A stretch of DNA of 64,000 nt from Eledone cirrhosa (taxonomy: Eukaryota): assembly GCA_964016885.1 (NCBI GenBank), contig OZ024744.1:38998001-39062000 (forward strand), written 5' to 3'. The notes under the pieces are model-generated. The model saw nothing but the letters and a program-made list of their open reading frames with translations. It was not told the origin of the DNA and did no database searches. A program made the translations under genes and the position numbers. This document shows positions 1-14,086 of the stretch, piece by piece; the first letter of the stretch is position 1, and every line of letters begins with the position of its first letter.

Positions 1-152
1 CAAACACATATACACATATATATATATACACATACATATATATAAATATACACAAAAATATATGTATATATACCACCCCCCACACACACATATATATATA
101 TATATACATACATGCATACACACACATATATATATGCATACATACACACATA

Positions 153-564
153 TTGATTCTTTAGAATCTGCCATTTGACCAGTGACAGCGAGATTTTCAG
201 TGCATGGAATCCAGTCCCCGCTAGCTGTTCCATTTACCGAATTATTATTATTTTTATATGAGTCCCCAGTGTCCGCGCATTGCCTGGAGACTTAGCTGAG
301 AATAGACCTCCCTGATGACGCAATGAATTCTCAACAGTTTATTACGTAACTGTCTTTATCCCATTGCAGAAACTAATTAGTTGGAGTGAAAATTTTAGTA
401 AGTAAGTTAATTTTAAAAAAATTTTGTTTTAATTTTCTTATTTTACGTCTTTTATATTATTGTTCTGCATCCTCCTGCATTGAACCACCTAGGTACTATG
501 ACATAACCTGTGTATTTGCTGGCATTAGCGTACATCTGTACGCATATGTTAGTAGATATACTAA

Positions 565-568
<4 letters not shown>
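153..568 (+). mobile_element. PLE pseudo-LTR/tail fragment (family A) ending in (TA)n
   Basis: Contains an HHR; a diverged reverse-complement copy lies at ~23745-24130; 3' end abuts (TA)n. Confidence 0.7.
308..386 (+). ncRNA. Type I hammerhead ribozyme (family A)
   Basis: ctcc-CTGATGA-cgcaatg...cattgca-GAAA-ctaattag(palindromic stem III)-TT-ggag; predicted GUU cleavage. Confidence 0.85.
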
Positions 569-641
<73 letters not shown>

Positions 642-1366
642 GTGTGTATATATATATATACATTGTAGGTCGCTTTCACCCGTCTTTTAGTAATCAAAAA
701 ACTTCTTGCCAATAAACATTAACCCTTTGTGCACCATTCATGTAACTGTAGACCAACAAATACCAACTAAACGGAGCGTTGACAAGAACGATGGCGAAGG
801 AATCTTCGGGGTAAGCAGTTTCCTCTCGAGCTGTTAGTTCACGCAAGATTCTCTGCTACACATTTTCGTAATAATACCGAACAACGTACTGCTGGTCACT
901 CCTTCCTCCAAAAGCCGTACAAAGCGGACATGTGCATCGGGTAGATGGATCGGGTGCAAATCTACACCAGGCCTACGTGAGAAATTCGCAAGGGACTGCA
1001 CCGAGAGGGATAGAGATAAAGAGTAACTTAGAAAGAGTGCGAATGAACTTTTGAGGTAAGTAGCCTACGCCTTACTGCTATTGCAATGGAACCTTCTGCC
1101 AACTTAACCTGTGACTTTCTCTTTCACATTTACTCCAATAGGCCAAAACAGAGGAGTATGAAAAGAAGGAGCTCAACAATATTTCTATGAACAATGGACG
1201 TAGACAGCTAAACTGTACTTTCAACTTCTTAATTTTCTCCAAATAAAAGAAGTTTCCTGTCGGTATATTTTTGTGAGTTTTTAACAGGCACTCACAAATA
1301 AACGTTTATCATTGGAGGTGCTATTACCAATGTTCTTACCCGTGCAACGCCGGGATACACTGCTAG

Positions 1367-1451
<85 letters not shown>

Positions 1452-1499
1452 AACATATACACGCACAATCTATTTTTAGAAACGTTGAGCAAATTACGA

Positions 1500-2570
1500 A
1501 TTCTTTTAGAAAATTAAGTTAACTTACAATTAATGGCTACAAGAAACACTTTTGTCATATATGCTCCCTGGTTACAAAAATGCGCATTTTGTCGCATTGA
1601 GTTACAAAAACATATAAATTATTTTATCATTATTACTGAAGAGTTGAGGGTGATGGATTGGCAGTATCGGTAGAGCGTCCAACACCATGCTTTGCAGCAT
1701 AGAGTTGTGCCCCTTTACTTCTGATTTCAAATCTCGTCGATGTTAGCTTCTCTTTTCATCCTTACGGGGTGAAAATAAAGTACCAGTAATGCACTGGGGT
1801 CGATTTAATCGACTTTCCTCTCCCTCAAAATTGCTGGCCTTCTGCCTCTAGTAGAAACCATTATTACTGAAGCGTTGGTGAGCACCTGGTTAGTCAGACG
1901 TTGTCAAAATTTATTAGCACCTTCATCTCATTAGTTCTTAAGGCTATGCATGTTGGACCCTGATTTCTTGTAATGGTAATGATGTATTGGTAACTGGTGC
2001 ATTATCTTCTTTTTTCCTACCAATTATTCCTGAGAGGGTCTTGTGGGCAGAATCCTCAAACACTCTTTACAACGAGTCCTGCAAGGAGTATTTGAAGACT
2101 CTATTTCAAAATTCTTTGACATGCTGGCTCCTCCGTCACTACTAACTTTAAAATGTGCAAGCCGTCTACATTCGCACACCATAGCGCCGACAAATGCTCC
2201 TTACTTAATCGGCGATGTGGCTGATTCATTGTTAAACGCTTGGATATTCCGTTGTTATGCGATATATTACAAGCTAATTTCATACTCATTAAAAAAAAAT
2301 GAGAAATAGAAGCCTTTCGCACTTAAGCCATATAATCTCTCGGTTCTTTTTTTTTTAGTTTGATTTCCTAGCGTGGTGCACTGTCAGCTTCACCATGGGT
2401 AATTAAATTATGCATTCTATGGCGATTTGTAAATCATCATAACCACATGTCACTAGCTTCAAAATTCTTGATCCCCGTTTGCCTAAATAGCTTGATATCC
2501 ATATCACTTTAGAATTTCGACACCACGGGCATTGTTATGACTGGATCATTGGTGACTAAACGAAACTGTC
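1500..2570 (-). mobile_element. Degraded Tigger/pogo (Tc5-like) DDE transposase remnant, interrupted by a SINE
   Basis: Minus-strand peptides FEASDMWL..RH..HGEADS (CENP-B-type HTH), FNEYETSL (~FNxDETGL), LSALWCANVDGLHILKLVV (~LCANADGSHKLK), VLINFDN; many stops. Confidence 0.7.
1648..1862 (+). mobile_element. tRNA-derived SINE with target-site duplication
   Basis: A-box tggcagtatcggta, B-box-like atttcaaatc, core cttttcatccttacgggg, tail gtagaaac; TSD attattactgaag on both sides. Confidence 0.85.
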
Positions 2571-3237
2571 ACTATCTCCCCAAGATTTCTAACTTTTTGG
2601 AACTGTTGGTTGAAACTTTGTTTCTCGCTATACTTCATTTCACTCCCTCTTTATCTCTCTTGTTCTCCTTTCTCTAGAACCCCCACCCCCACCCAACACC
2701 ACCAGCTCTCGCTCTCAATCAAATACACACACAAGTGTATGTATATGCATGTGTATGTATATATATTTATATATACATACATATATATATATATAGCTCA
2801 TGAGCTCTTCTTTCTCTATCTTCCCATCTCTCCTATTTCATTCACAATGCTTTCCTCCCCTCTCTCTCTCTCTCTCTCTCTCTTTCACCCCACCCCCCTC
2901 TCTTTCTCTCTCTCAATCAAATACAAATGTTTACCCTATCACTACTCTTACTTCCCGTCGCTCATTTCGTCACAACCATTATTCATTCTTCCTTGGTTCC
3001 TTATCTTAGAACGAACGCAATTGACATTTTCTTCTGGGAATTGATAGTTATGCACCTGGCGGCCTTTATATAAATAATTCCATTGTACAGTCGACGTTGA
3101 AATTCCCTTATGAAGGGTGGGGTGTAGATTTTCCTTCTTTTTTTCTTTTAATTAGCAAGACACTGCACGCACTCGCTAACATTAGATTAAACGCATGTAG
3201 GCATATATAATGTACGTATATATATATATATATATAA

Positions 3238-3297
<60 letters not shown>

Positions 3298-4370
3298 ATG
3301 CATGTATATATATATATACTTATATATATACATATATATATATAGGGTGCATGTGTGGGTTTATATATGTATGTATACATACATATGTGTGTGTATGTAA
3401 GTAAGTATGTATGTATGTAAGATTCGTGAATTTCAAACTTCCTATAAAATAAACAATGAATAACTGCTTTTTGAATTTAGTACTTTATATTTTCTCCTTG
3501 TTAAACATTTAAATCTGTAATTGTTTATGTGTGTGTGAGCATCAGAGTGTACGTGTACTCTGTGTGTGTGTGTGTGTGCGTGTGTGTATGCCATGCATAT
3601 GTGTATGCCTTGCATGTGTGTGTACCGTGCACGTCTGTGTGCCGTGCACACATGTGAGTGTGATGCAGAATATTGAAAATACCTGAAATGGTCGGTCTAA
3701 TTTGCATGCATTTCTTGATGTAATTAGAAGAATAATAAATATATATACAAGAACACACAACGTAGATTTGAGGATATAAGACCAACATCTATATATAAAT
3801 TTGAGTGACTTCCGTCTGTCACACAATGTGTGTGTGTGTTTGTGTGTGTGAAGGTATGTGTGTGTGTAAAAGGAAGGAAGGGGATGGTGAAAAAACTATA
3901 GTAAAACAGCGGCTGGCGTTTCATTTGCTACACGGTGTGTGTATGTGTGTGTTTGTGTAAATGTATGTATGTGTTGCGTGATTGTATGTGTATATGTGTG
4001 AATTCATGTGTGTATGTTTATGTGTATGTGTATGTTTATGTGTATGTTTGTGTGAATGTATGTCTGAGTGTGTATTTTCGTGTGTCTGCGTTTGCACGTT
4101 TATATTTATATAGTCATACATATAAATGTATGCATATGCACATATAAACATATGCGTCAGTGTATTGAAATAAATTCTAGTTCATTAAATTAGACGTCTC
4201 AGCTGTGAAGAGAATGAACTCAGTAGTGTAAACACTCTCAGCTATCCTTCTTTTCTTTCCACAGAATATATATTCCTTCATACACGGAATAATAATGGCT
4301 CGAGTGATTTTAAATAATCTGCTTTTCGGTGTACGGAGGAATGTGCTCCGTTTAATGATTCCAATTAAAA

Positions 4371-4400
<30 letters not shown>

Positions 4401-4401
<1 letters not shown>

Positions 4402-4990
4402 GTGACGAAACATAAGTCAATTGCATGAACTCATAATCCTTTATTTACTGCTATATATATTTCGATGATAGCCATTGAATGGTTATGACCTCATCAGGCA
4501 GTTAGTCAGTTCTTAGATATGCCAGCTCTGTGTGTATAGTGTTGATGGTATCAGACCCTTGTATATATAATAACTAGAAATTGATTAACATATAAATAAA
4601 CATATGAAACAATCACAGGGGATAATCTTTACAAGTGTGTAACCGCACATAGCTAGGTAGGTAACTAAATAAAGTTAACTAGAACTTCAAAAATAGATAC
4701 CTTATAATATGATTAATCTTCCTTGTATATATTCCATTAAAGAAATATATTTCACCAATTAATCGATTGGTAAACGACGGAGGCCGGTACTTGGATTCTC
4801 AACAAGGAAGAAGTCCAGCGATCTGTGTTTACGCATTAAGTTCAAATCAGCGACTGGCCAGTAACACGTGCTGTATCTACTAGAAATACACACATAATAC
4901 CAGCTTCGTCCCAGTGGCGTGAATAGGGTTATCGACAACTAGAAACAGCAGTCAAGTCCTTTCAACAGAGTTAGCTCTACAATTAAGGAG
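4401..4990 (-). mobile_element. PLE 3' end remnant between two (TA)n tracts
   Basis: HHR at 4447-4502; upstream decayed GIY-YIG-like C-terminus (QHV..FEL..RLIGE..IN). Confidence 0.55.
4447..4502 (-). ncRNA. Type I hammerhead ribozyme (family B)
   Basis: actgc-CTGATGA-ggtcataacca..tggctatcatc-GAAA-tatata-TA-gcagt. Confidence 0.85.
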
Positions 4991-4992
4991 CC

Positions 4993-5096
<104 letters not shown>

Positions 5097-5103
5097 ATGT
5101 ATA

Positions 5104-5463
<360 letters not shown>

Positions 5464-6429
5464 TGCACATGTTATAGATGTTTGTATATATATATATATA
5501 TATATGCATGAATCTATGTATACTATACACATGCAGACGTATACATATAGATATACACACATTACGTTTTGTTCAAATATTGTGTTTCAGAAGTGGCCAC
5601 ACTAAACGTTTAAACATATCACTTTCTACGGGTATCTACTTCCACCGTATGGAAACACACAGCAGTGAATCCAATTATCACATAAGAGCAGCCCCTCTGA
5701 CCTTACCATTTACCCATCTATCGTTCTCATTTCCAGCATATCAAAGATGATGGATGAGAAAAATATAGAAGTCATAAAACGAACGCTTACTTTATCGCCA
5801 TATGTCTCACTTCTTAAACATTGGCTATTAAGTGCAGCTTCTCCCTATATATTCAGTTTTTACGTGGATCTGCTTTCTTGAGAATTCGACGAAAACATAT
5901 TTTCTTTTTCATTTTTTTTTAATTTGACATCAGAAAATATTTCTACCGTTCAAAGTTTCTGTGTTGGAATCCACATATTGCTCTTTTAGGTTGAACTGAG
6001 TTAGATTGGAAGTTTCCTGTTAAACTTCTCCATCACAACATGCCAGAATCCACATTGCGATCCACATTCTATACATTCTAAGTTGTTTCAGATTCCTGTT
6101 ATATTTCTCACATATTCATTTTGTTTTGTTTTGTTTTTTCGTCACTAATAATACACTTACTATTACTTGCAGACAACTTATTCTTGTTTCTTTTGAAGAT
6201 GCATCACTGACATCTCAAGGTGTTAGCCTTTCACAAATAAAGACCTTGGGGGAAAACGCCATTACAAAGTATTCTCTGCCAACATCAGCAGGATACAGTC
6301 ATTATACATGTTAAGAAAACACAACACTAAACTCTCCTTGTTCCTAAACAATTCCCATCCAGTTATTTCTCAAACTTTATAGGTTATGAATGTTAAGCCT
6401 TGCATTTCTCTGATGACCTTTAATAAGGA

Positions 6430-6642
6430 TTTCTGACTTAGGCACAAGACCAACAATTTGTGGGGAGGGGAAAGTCGATTAAATCGACCCTAGTGCGATA
6501 TTGATATTTTATTTTATCAATTCCGTAAGGATGAAAGGCAAAACTAACCTCGGCAGGATTTGAACTCAGAACGTAAAGGACAGTAAATATATGCCTCAAA
6601 ACAAGTTGTATGACGCTCTACCGATACTACCAATCCACCACC
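6430..6642 (-). mobile_element. tRNA-derived SINE
   Basis: Reverse complement of the SINE consensus (aggatgaaaggcaaa, ggatttgaactcag, taccgatact.ccaatcc). Confidence 0.8.
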
Positions 6643-7899
6643 TGATGGCATTTAATAATTATCAAAGAAATCGTTGACGATGCCGGCAGCGTTTCTACGT
6701 TGTCAAGAACATTTCCAAGGATTAGTGAAGTCTAATCTCCTTCAAATTACATTCTTAAATGTAAAAAAAAAAAAAGACAATTTAGATAACATAGTTGTAG
6801 ATACTCTGTAAATAAATGGGAAGGCCGTAGTTGGAATTCTCACACATTAGTCACAGGTCGTAAGTTTGCTGAAGGTGGAGGAAAGCGTCCTGAGTAGTGA
6901 ATTTGGTTAAAGTGGGGATGAAAGTTATGACTTCGATTCCCACAGGGTTTTGTCTTCATAGCCTTTTTTCTATAAAACAACTGGGAAACTTGTTCGATTG
7001 CAGAGTTCACATGGTATATTTGTGGTTCATTTTATACGTCTTTTATCAGTTGGTGAGGGGCGATGACATGACCATGGATCGGATTCCAATCACTAAACAG
7101 AATTCAAACTAAGGAAACAAAATGCCGAAACGGATACCACAAGGCATCTCGTCAGACGTTTTAACTATACCTCTAATCCATCGCCATCGAGTGGTATTTT
7201 ATTTAACGAACCCAGAAAGATGAAAGACCAACTCGACCACAGTGGGATTTGAATTCAGAGCAGAGAGAATCGCAACAACTACACAAGACAGTCTATCCGA
7301 CATTGTAATGACAGCTAAACTAATAAACTGGTCAAATTTCTACCTTAGAAAGTCCCAAAAGGAATTGTTCTCCTCAGTTAGTAGAGCATCAGATAAAATA
7401 TCTTGCGATATTTATTCCGACTTTTTGCACTCTAAATTCGAATTCCAAAGTAATCGACTTTGCCTTTTATTTTTTGTGTTTGATAAATAAAATACCAATC
7501 GAATTAACGACTGTTTCGTTAGACTAACAAGAATGTTCCAGTCCTGTTAGAATAACTCATCAGAATCGATTAAATAGAAATAAATAAAAACCTTACATGG
7601 CACACTGTGCCGCTGTCGTTCATGACCATCAAACAACTTAGAGAATGGGCCTTAACTCTGACAATGCAACCTTTGTATTTCGGATTGTAGAAATGGTCTA
7701 ATGCCATTCACGCAGCTAGCACGTAAGCTGCAATGCCACTACTAATCTCCACTTCTAGTTTAGCTAATAACTCTCCATCTACTCTATCTTTTTTTCTATT
7801 GCTACTTCTTTACTATAAGCTATTGATTCTACTCTAATCGCTCTCTTGAGAGGGAACCAGCCCTGTCAACAGTCTCTTAATTAATGTACCAATCCGGGT

Positions 7900-9560
7900 T
7901 CTGTAGAGAACGCGCTGTGAACGACGCGTTAAACTTCCAATAACCGAGGCTCTGTCTACGTGTTCTATCTAGGTCGACAATGCAGATTGCAATGTATTGT
8001 CTGAATAAGCGGCCGTCTGAATTACTCCGAGAAATCTAGTCAGGGCCTGTCAAACAGTTAGAATGTCTGATCAGAGTCTTAAGGTTTTTGCATCTACTTC
8101 CACACAGTCTGAGATGTCGTTCCATTCCCTCACTAGGAGTAAAGCGTAAGATGTTCGAAAAAAGTATTTAAGATGTATGAAGAAATCCGGCCGTCCTGAC
8201 AGCTACCAATCTAAAAGCACAACATTCCATATTGTTCACACCCAAGACCACCAACTTACCATCCGGATCCAGGACGATCGTCCATTCTTCGATATCTAGG
8301 CTTTTCCTAAACAGCACTGCCACCCCACTCCCATTCTAGGCAGATTAAGTGATGCCTAGATCTCAAAATCGTCACAAATGGGTGTTAGAGTACGCGTGTC
8401 GAAAATCCTGGTCTTGCTAACGACTGTTATATCCAATGCTAGTGACCTAAGTCATTGTGTGAAGTGACCTTTCTTGCGGGATGAAAGCAAGGTCGCCTGC
8501 ATATCTTTGGGAAACCCTTTAAAAGCCTACTGGAGGATTTTACATTAAAGGTTCCCATGTGGTTGGAGAAGTTCTCCCTAATATCTTTATGTCTCTAAAG
8601 ACATTGCACCATTAGGAGCATTTATGATACCTTTTTATTTTATGATTTTGTGCTATGACAAACCTTAATTGTTCTTTGCTTTTCTCACTAGTACAAAGTT
8701 TGGCGTCTGTATGGCTGGTTGTTATTGTGTGCGTGTTTAGTTGTGATTCTGGGTAGTTGTAACTGTGGTAGTGTTGATGCAGCGGTGAATGTGGTCTCGG
8801 TGACGTTGGGGCTGTAAATGTATTTATTGTGGGTCTGCTCTCTGTGTTTTCTGGTGTGTATATTCGTGTGAGGAAATATGGGGTTTTTCTGTATTTTCTT
8901 TTGTTTTTCTTTTGTTTTGGGGGTTGCCCCTTATCTTCATTTCGAGATGAGGAGATACCGGTGTCTGCAGGATCTTTCTCGGATATAAGTGGGAGTGTAT
9001 TTGTGCTTTTGTGAATGTCGGCCTATGACGGCCCAAGTTTTATCTAATTTGACAAGTTTGGCAGCTCGTGCTAAACAAGTGTCTTTCTCCATTAAGTCTA
9101 TATTAAACATTGGTGTGGCTTTTGTAGCCGTTACTGCAAATGTCTTATTGTTGTTGATGTTGTTTTTGTTAATGTTGTTTGTGTGACTGTTGTTGTTGTT
9201 TATGTCTATTATATTTTTGTTGTTGTAGTGGTGGCAATATTCATGCTGGTATTGTTGTTGTTATTTTTTTGTATTCGTTTTATTTTGTTGTTTTTGTTAT
9301 GGTGACGGCGGTGTTGAAGTTTTTAATTGCGGGAAATTGAGTTCATAGTTTTCCCGTCCACATATTTTGTTGTTGTTATTGTTGTTGCTACTGCTGCTGT
9401 CGTTGTTTTCTACATTCTTGCTGTTCCAGCCTGTGGACAGCCGGCGTTTCTGTTTTACGGAAGAACATTCGTCATTCGCAATGTTTACTTTAAAAAATTG
9501 AGGGGCGTGTTTGAAAAACAAACCCGAATTTAGCCCGAAATGACTACAAATAGAAAAGAA
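7900..9560 (-). mobile_element. Degraded L1/Tx1-like LINE 5' region (APE endonuclease remnant, possible ORF1 remnant)
   Basis: Minus-strand fragments LDITVVSKTR, LLLVREWNDI (~GDWN), LDR; heavily disrupted. Confidence 0.45.
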
Positions 9561-9687
9561 AATTAGCTCATGAAGTTTCTGATTAGTTTATCTATAAATC
9601 TGTGACAAATGTTCAATATATAACGTTGTATAACAATGTAAAAGGGACAAACTTACGGAGCAATTTAACACGTTCTGCTGAGACTCG

Positions 9688-9769
9688 AAAGAAGAAGAAG
9701 AAGAAGAAGAAGAAGAAGAAGAAGAAGAAGGGGAGGAGAAGGAGGGGGATGGTGCCGATGATAATGATG

Positions 9770-9841
<72 letters not shown>
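9688..9841. repeat. Compound (GAA)n/(GTA)n microsatellite
   Basis: Directly visible. Confidence 0.95.
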
Positions 9842-10476
9842 ACAACATCAACAAAAACAACAACTATAATAAAAAAAAATATAGATAAATAAAAATATTA
9901 AAAATAATAGATAAATAAATAATAGATGATAATAAATTGAAAAAAATGTTTTTAAAAGACTGGGCGAAAGGGTTTTGACTGCACTCAGATGAAAAAAAAA
10001 CAACGTAAAACAAACAAAAAATAACAAAATAAAAGGGCCTTTTTCTTGACAGGAAACACCACACCCAGACCTTGAATTGAAACGCTGACGTAATCTGTTT
10101 GTGCACTTTGAGACATTCGAACTGTTCAGCGTGTGTCAGAATTTAGAGAAGAAAATATATAACTCGTAAACACCGTGTGAATTGAGTATATATGTACATG
10201 TTCGTGTGAATTACACACATATATATATATGTGTGTATATGTATATATGTATGCATATATGTGTGTGTGCATATATATGTGAGTGTGTGTATATATATAT
10301 ATATATTTGCATAGATATATGAATGTATATGCGCATATATTATTACATATATATACTTATATACACACACACACAAACATATGTGTGTGGGGGGAGGGGT
10401 CAAAAATACAAATACAAACAATTAAATATAAACTAATTAATTTGCTAATAAATTGGTGTTTTCCTATTCACATATC

Positions 10477-11256
10477 TGTACGTCGAGGATTTGGTTGGGG
10501 AGGCGCCAACTGGCTTCGGCCCTGTCTTCAGAAGCCGGATCGCTGCAATGCACAGCGGCATCAGATCGGTGGTTAAGGTCAATGGTCACCTCTCGGAACC
10601 GTTTCGGATCTCCCGATCGGTCCGTGAAGGGTGCCCTCCCTCTTCCCTTCTGTACGTATTGACTCTCGAGCCTTTACTGCGGAAGCTGGAGCCTTCCTTT
10701 GGCCAGGAAGAGCAGGCAATTTTCCTCTGTCTGGTGGCAGTTGCGAAAGAGGTTGTATGGTGGACCAGATTGAAAGGACTGAAGACAGACACGTTTCTCT
10801 TCGGCCAATCCCTCATCAGCTTCTTCAAGCTTCACCTGGAAAGGAAGGTGAGGGTGGAGAGAGAAGTGCTGCCCCCCCCCCCCCCCAGTACATTTGCTAA
10901 TAGGTGGGTGAATGGGTGAATGTGGCGAGAATGCTCCGTGTGAGTGGGCCTACTCTGACCATGCGCCTATAGGCTGGCTAATTTAATGAGGAGAGGGGTG
11001 CTTTCCCCGGGTGCCCTAGAAGCGCAGGGTGGTTCAGGATGGTGGGGTACCTGAGTCATCCCTGGGTCGTCCACACCCCTATTGGGGACTTTATTTTGTT
11101 ATATTTATGCATAGTTTATTTTATATATTTTTATATCTTCATTGTTAAATAAGTCTTGCTATTGTGCATTTTTACTCGACCTTATTGTAAACCCCCACTG
11201 TACCTGTCTTTGTATTGTCCTCTATATGTCGGCCCTTGTGGCTAATAAATTAAATC
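10477..11256 (+). mobile_element. Internally deleted Tx1/L1-like LINE 3' end
   Basis: RT motif GHLSEPFRISRSVREGCPPSSLLYVLTLEPLLRKL joined directly to the ORF2 C-terminus (AKEVVWWTR..F..RW); 3' UTR ends with AATAAA near 11246. Confidence 0.75.
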
Positions 11257-11261
11257 ATTAT

Positions 11262-11445
11262 TGGATTGACAGTATCGGTAGAAGTTCAGACGCTATGCTT
11301 TGAGCAAAGAGTTACGGCCCTTTATGATCTGAGTTCAAATCCCGCCGAGGTTAACTTTGCCTTTCATCCTTACGGGGTCGATAAAATAAAGTACCAGTAA
11401 TGCACTGGGTATTTGATGGCCTTGTGCCAAAAGTGGAAACAATTA
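11262..11445 (+). mobile_element. tRNA-derived SINE
   Basis: gagttcaaatcccgccgaggttaactttgcctttcatccttacggggtcgataaaataaagtacc. Confidence 0.85.
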
Positions 11446-11531
11446 TATATATATATATATATATATATAAGAACGTATTGAGTACTTTGGTGCGTTATGG
11501 TCCACCTGGTTCCTTACCACATTTCCTCCGT

Positions 11532-11624
<93 letters not shown>

Positions 11625-11810
11625 AAAAAATGATATACAGACGTACAGTATTATGTATATACATACATGCACACATATAAATATATGTACGTATGTGTTT
11701 AACGAACATTTATTATAATGCTCGGTTTGTTTGTAAACAAACAGTCCGAATTATTAGCCGTACAGTGTTCGGCAACCATCGTTGCCCTTTTGTTCAACAC
11801 TGACAAAGGA

Positions 11811-11853
11811 ACGATGAACAGGTTTCTAGCTTATTAGCTGTCATCAGCACCGT
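11811..11853 (-). ncRNA. Type I hammerhead ribozyme (family D)
   Basis: acggtg-CTGATGA-cagct aata agcta-GAAA-cctg-TT-catcgt. Confidence 0.85.
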
Positions 11854-12261
11854 ATACCTTCCTGTCAGTTGATTGAACGTTTGAAAGTATATACTTTCCT
11901 TATGCATATTAACGGCTGAGCAGCCTAATTTGCATATCGAGTGAGTTAGTCGGCCGAGTGTACCGAAAACGATAATTATAATAAATGTTCGATAAACCCA
12001 TACGTACACATATATATGTGTGCATGTGTGTATGTATATACATACTACTGTACGTCTGTATACATATATGTATATACGTATACATACTTATATTTAAGTA
12101 TCAGCCCTACTAAGAGTGAGAAATGAAATTTCAATTTTTTCCATTTATCGTTTTCGGTACCCCGGCGGATTAACTCGATATGCAAATTAGGCTGCTCAGC
12201 CGTTAATATGCATAAGGAAAGTATATACGTTCAAACGTTCAATCATCTGACAGGAAGGTAT

Positions 12262-12305
12262 ATGATGCTGAGGACAGCTAATAAGCTAGACTACTAGTTC
12301 ATCGT
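12262..12305 (+). ncRNA. Hammerhead ribozyme, mutated core (family D)
   Basis: atgatg-CTGAGGA-cagctaataagcta-GACT-actagtt-catcgt; GAAA altered. Confidence 0.6.
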
Positions 12306-13451
12306 TCCATGCCAGTGTTGAACAAAAGGGCAATGATGGTTGCCGAACACTGTACGGCATAATTCGGGCTGTTTGTTTACAAACAAACCGAGCATTATAA
12401 TAAATGTTCGGTAAACCCATACGTACATATATGTATGTGTGCATGTATGTATGTTTATATATATTTATATATATACATACTACTGTACGTCTGTATACAT
12501 ATATGTATGTACGTATATATACTTATATTTATATATATACATTTTTATATAATATAGAATAATTTTAAACGACATATAGATATATCAATTGAGTAACTAA
12601 CCAGGATTTAATACATATATACATATAGAAACAAATACATGTATATATGTGTGCGTGTATGTGTGTGTGGGTGTGGGTATGGTTGTGTGTGTATTTGTTT
12701 CTATATATATATATGTATACATATGTATTAAAGCCTGGTTAGTTAATATATATGTACACAAACACCTTCCTCTCACCCCCTACTTCCACCACTAACCTCC
12801 ACTTACACACCCACAACCTACCACCTTTTTAACACCTCCTCTATTACAACCCCCCCCCCCCACACACACACACTCCACCCCCACGTCCACCACTCTATCC
12901 TTCAACTATACCTCTCTTTATACTAACACACACGCACTTACACCCTAAACGCACACACACACACACACACTCACTCACTCACACGGATCTCACCTCCTCC
13001 CACGTTCACCACACCTGCTCACACATACATACACACTTGCCTTTCCACACAGCTACTACCCTCTTACACAGACAGCAATACTGCTACTGCCTCTCACTCA
13101 CCAGTCTGTTCTGTCAGCTCCACCTCCTCCCCTACCTCTCACACATTGCTCTGCCATCTTCACCCTCACCACCCTTTCCTCCCACTCCTTTGACTTGACC
13201 ATCTTGACCACTTCCTGTTGCGCGTGCCCCTAACCTTCCAATTCCTCATCGCCATTTCTTTTTTCAACCCTACCACCAAGAATCTTCCACTTGGATATCG
13301 ACGCGATTTTACATCCGTATCTTTACCATCCACATACACACACCCCGACATCATTTCAGAATCTTAGACACACACAGATACTTGCACCACTTTCGTGCAC
13401 ACGCAACTACACATTTCACACGAGCCCACATTATCCTCTCTTAACCACAAG

Positions 13452-13643
13452 GGCGGTGGATTGGCAGTATCGGTAGAGGGTCGGACGCCATGCTTTGCAG
13501 CAAAGAGTTATGCCCCTTTATGGTCTGAGTTCAAATCCCGCCGAGGTTAACTTTGCTTTTCATCCTTACGGGGTCGATAAAATAAAGTACCAGTAATACA
13601 CTGAGACAATTGCTGGCTTTGTGCCAAAAGTAGAAACAATTAT
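13452..13643 (+). mobile_element. Full-length tRNA-derived SINE with ~19-bp TSD
   Basis: ggcggtggattggcagtatcggtagag...gtagaaacaatt; TSD ttatcctctcttaaccaca at 13431 and 13640. Confidence 0.9.
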
Positions 13644-13755
13644 CCTCTCTTAACCACACAAACACACGTGCACATCTTCACAGACACCCACACTCCATCC
13701 CACACCGCCTCCGGATCCCACACGATCTCATCTCACCCATCCGACACTTTTCCAT

Positions 13756-13801
<46 letters not shown>

Positions 13802-14053
13802 TTACACCCATACAGGGACTATACACATAGACATACAATCCCCTCCAACACACACTATCTCTCTCAACCTCCACCCACCCCTTACGCACCACCACCGGAT
13901 CCATACAGCCCTCTCACTTTCTGTTGTTTTTAAATTCTGTTTCTATTTATTTCCATTTCATGTTTTATATTAATTTAATTTCTATTTTTCCCGTCCTTTC
14001 ATGTTTTTCCCGCTAACTCCCCCCACTCCTTCTCGAAGTTCCTCCCTCGCCCA

Positions 14054-14086
14054 CTCTCCTGATGAAGGGCATATGTGCGAAACGTC
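14054..14086 (+). ncRNA. Minimal hammerhead-like motif lacking the 3' strand of stem I
   Basis: ctctc-CTGATGA-agggcatatgtgc-GAAA-cGTC, then non-pairing ttaa; ends a C-rich region. Confidence 0.5.

Larger units (their letters stand above)
11620..12530. mobile_element. Coding-free fold-back PLE pLTR unit (family D): inverted pLTR + partial tail + pLTR
   Basis: 11636-11975 is the reverse complement of 12145-12490; HHR in each arm; further copy at 25022-25462. Confidence 0.8.

Noticed and set aside
4200-4243. agctg-TGAAGA...tcagct possible hammerhead
   Set aside because: No GAAA or convincing stems II/III
6407-6432. CTGATGA-cctt..aagg
   Set aside because: Interrupted by a SINE; no GAAA/NUH half found
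5760-7110. Possible host exons in higher-complexity sequence
   Set aside because: No sustained ORF, recognisable domain or consistent splice structure
13452-13545. tRNA gene-like A/B boxes in SINE heads
   Set aside because: No cloverleaf; each continues into the SINE body and has TSDs
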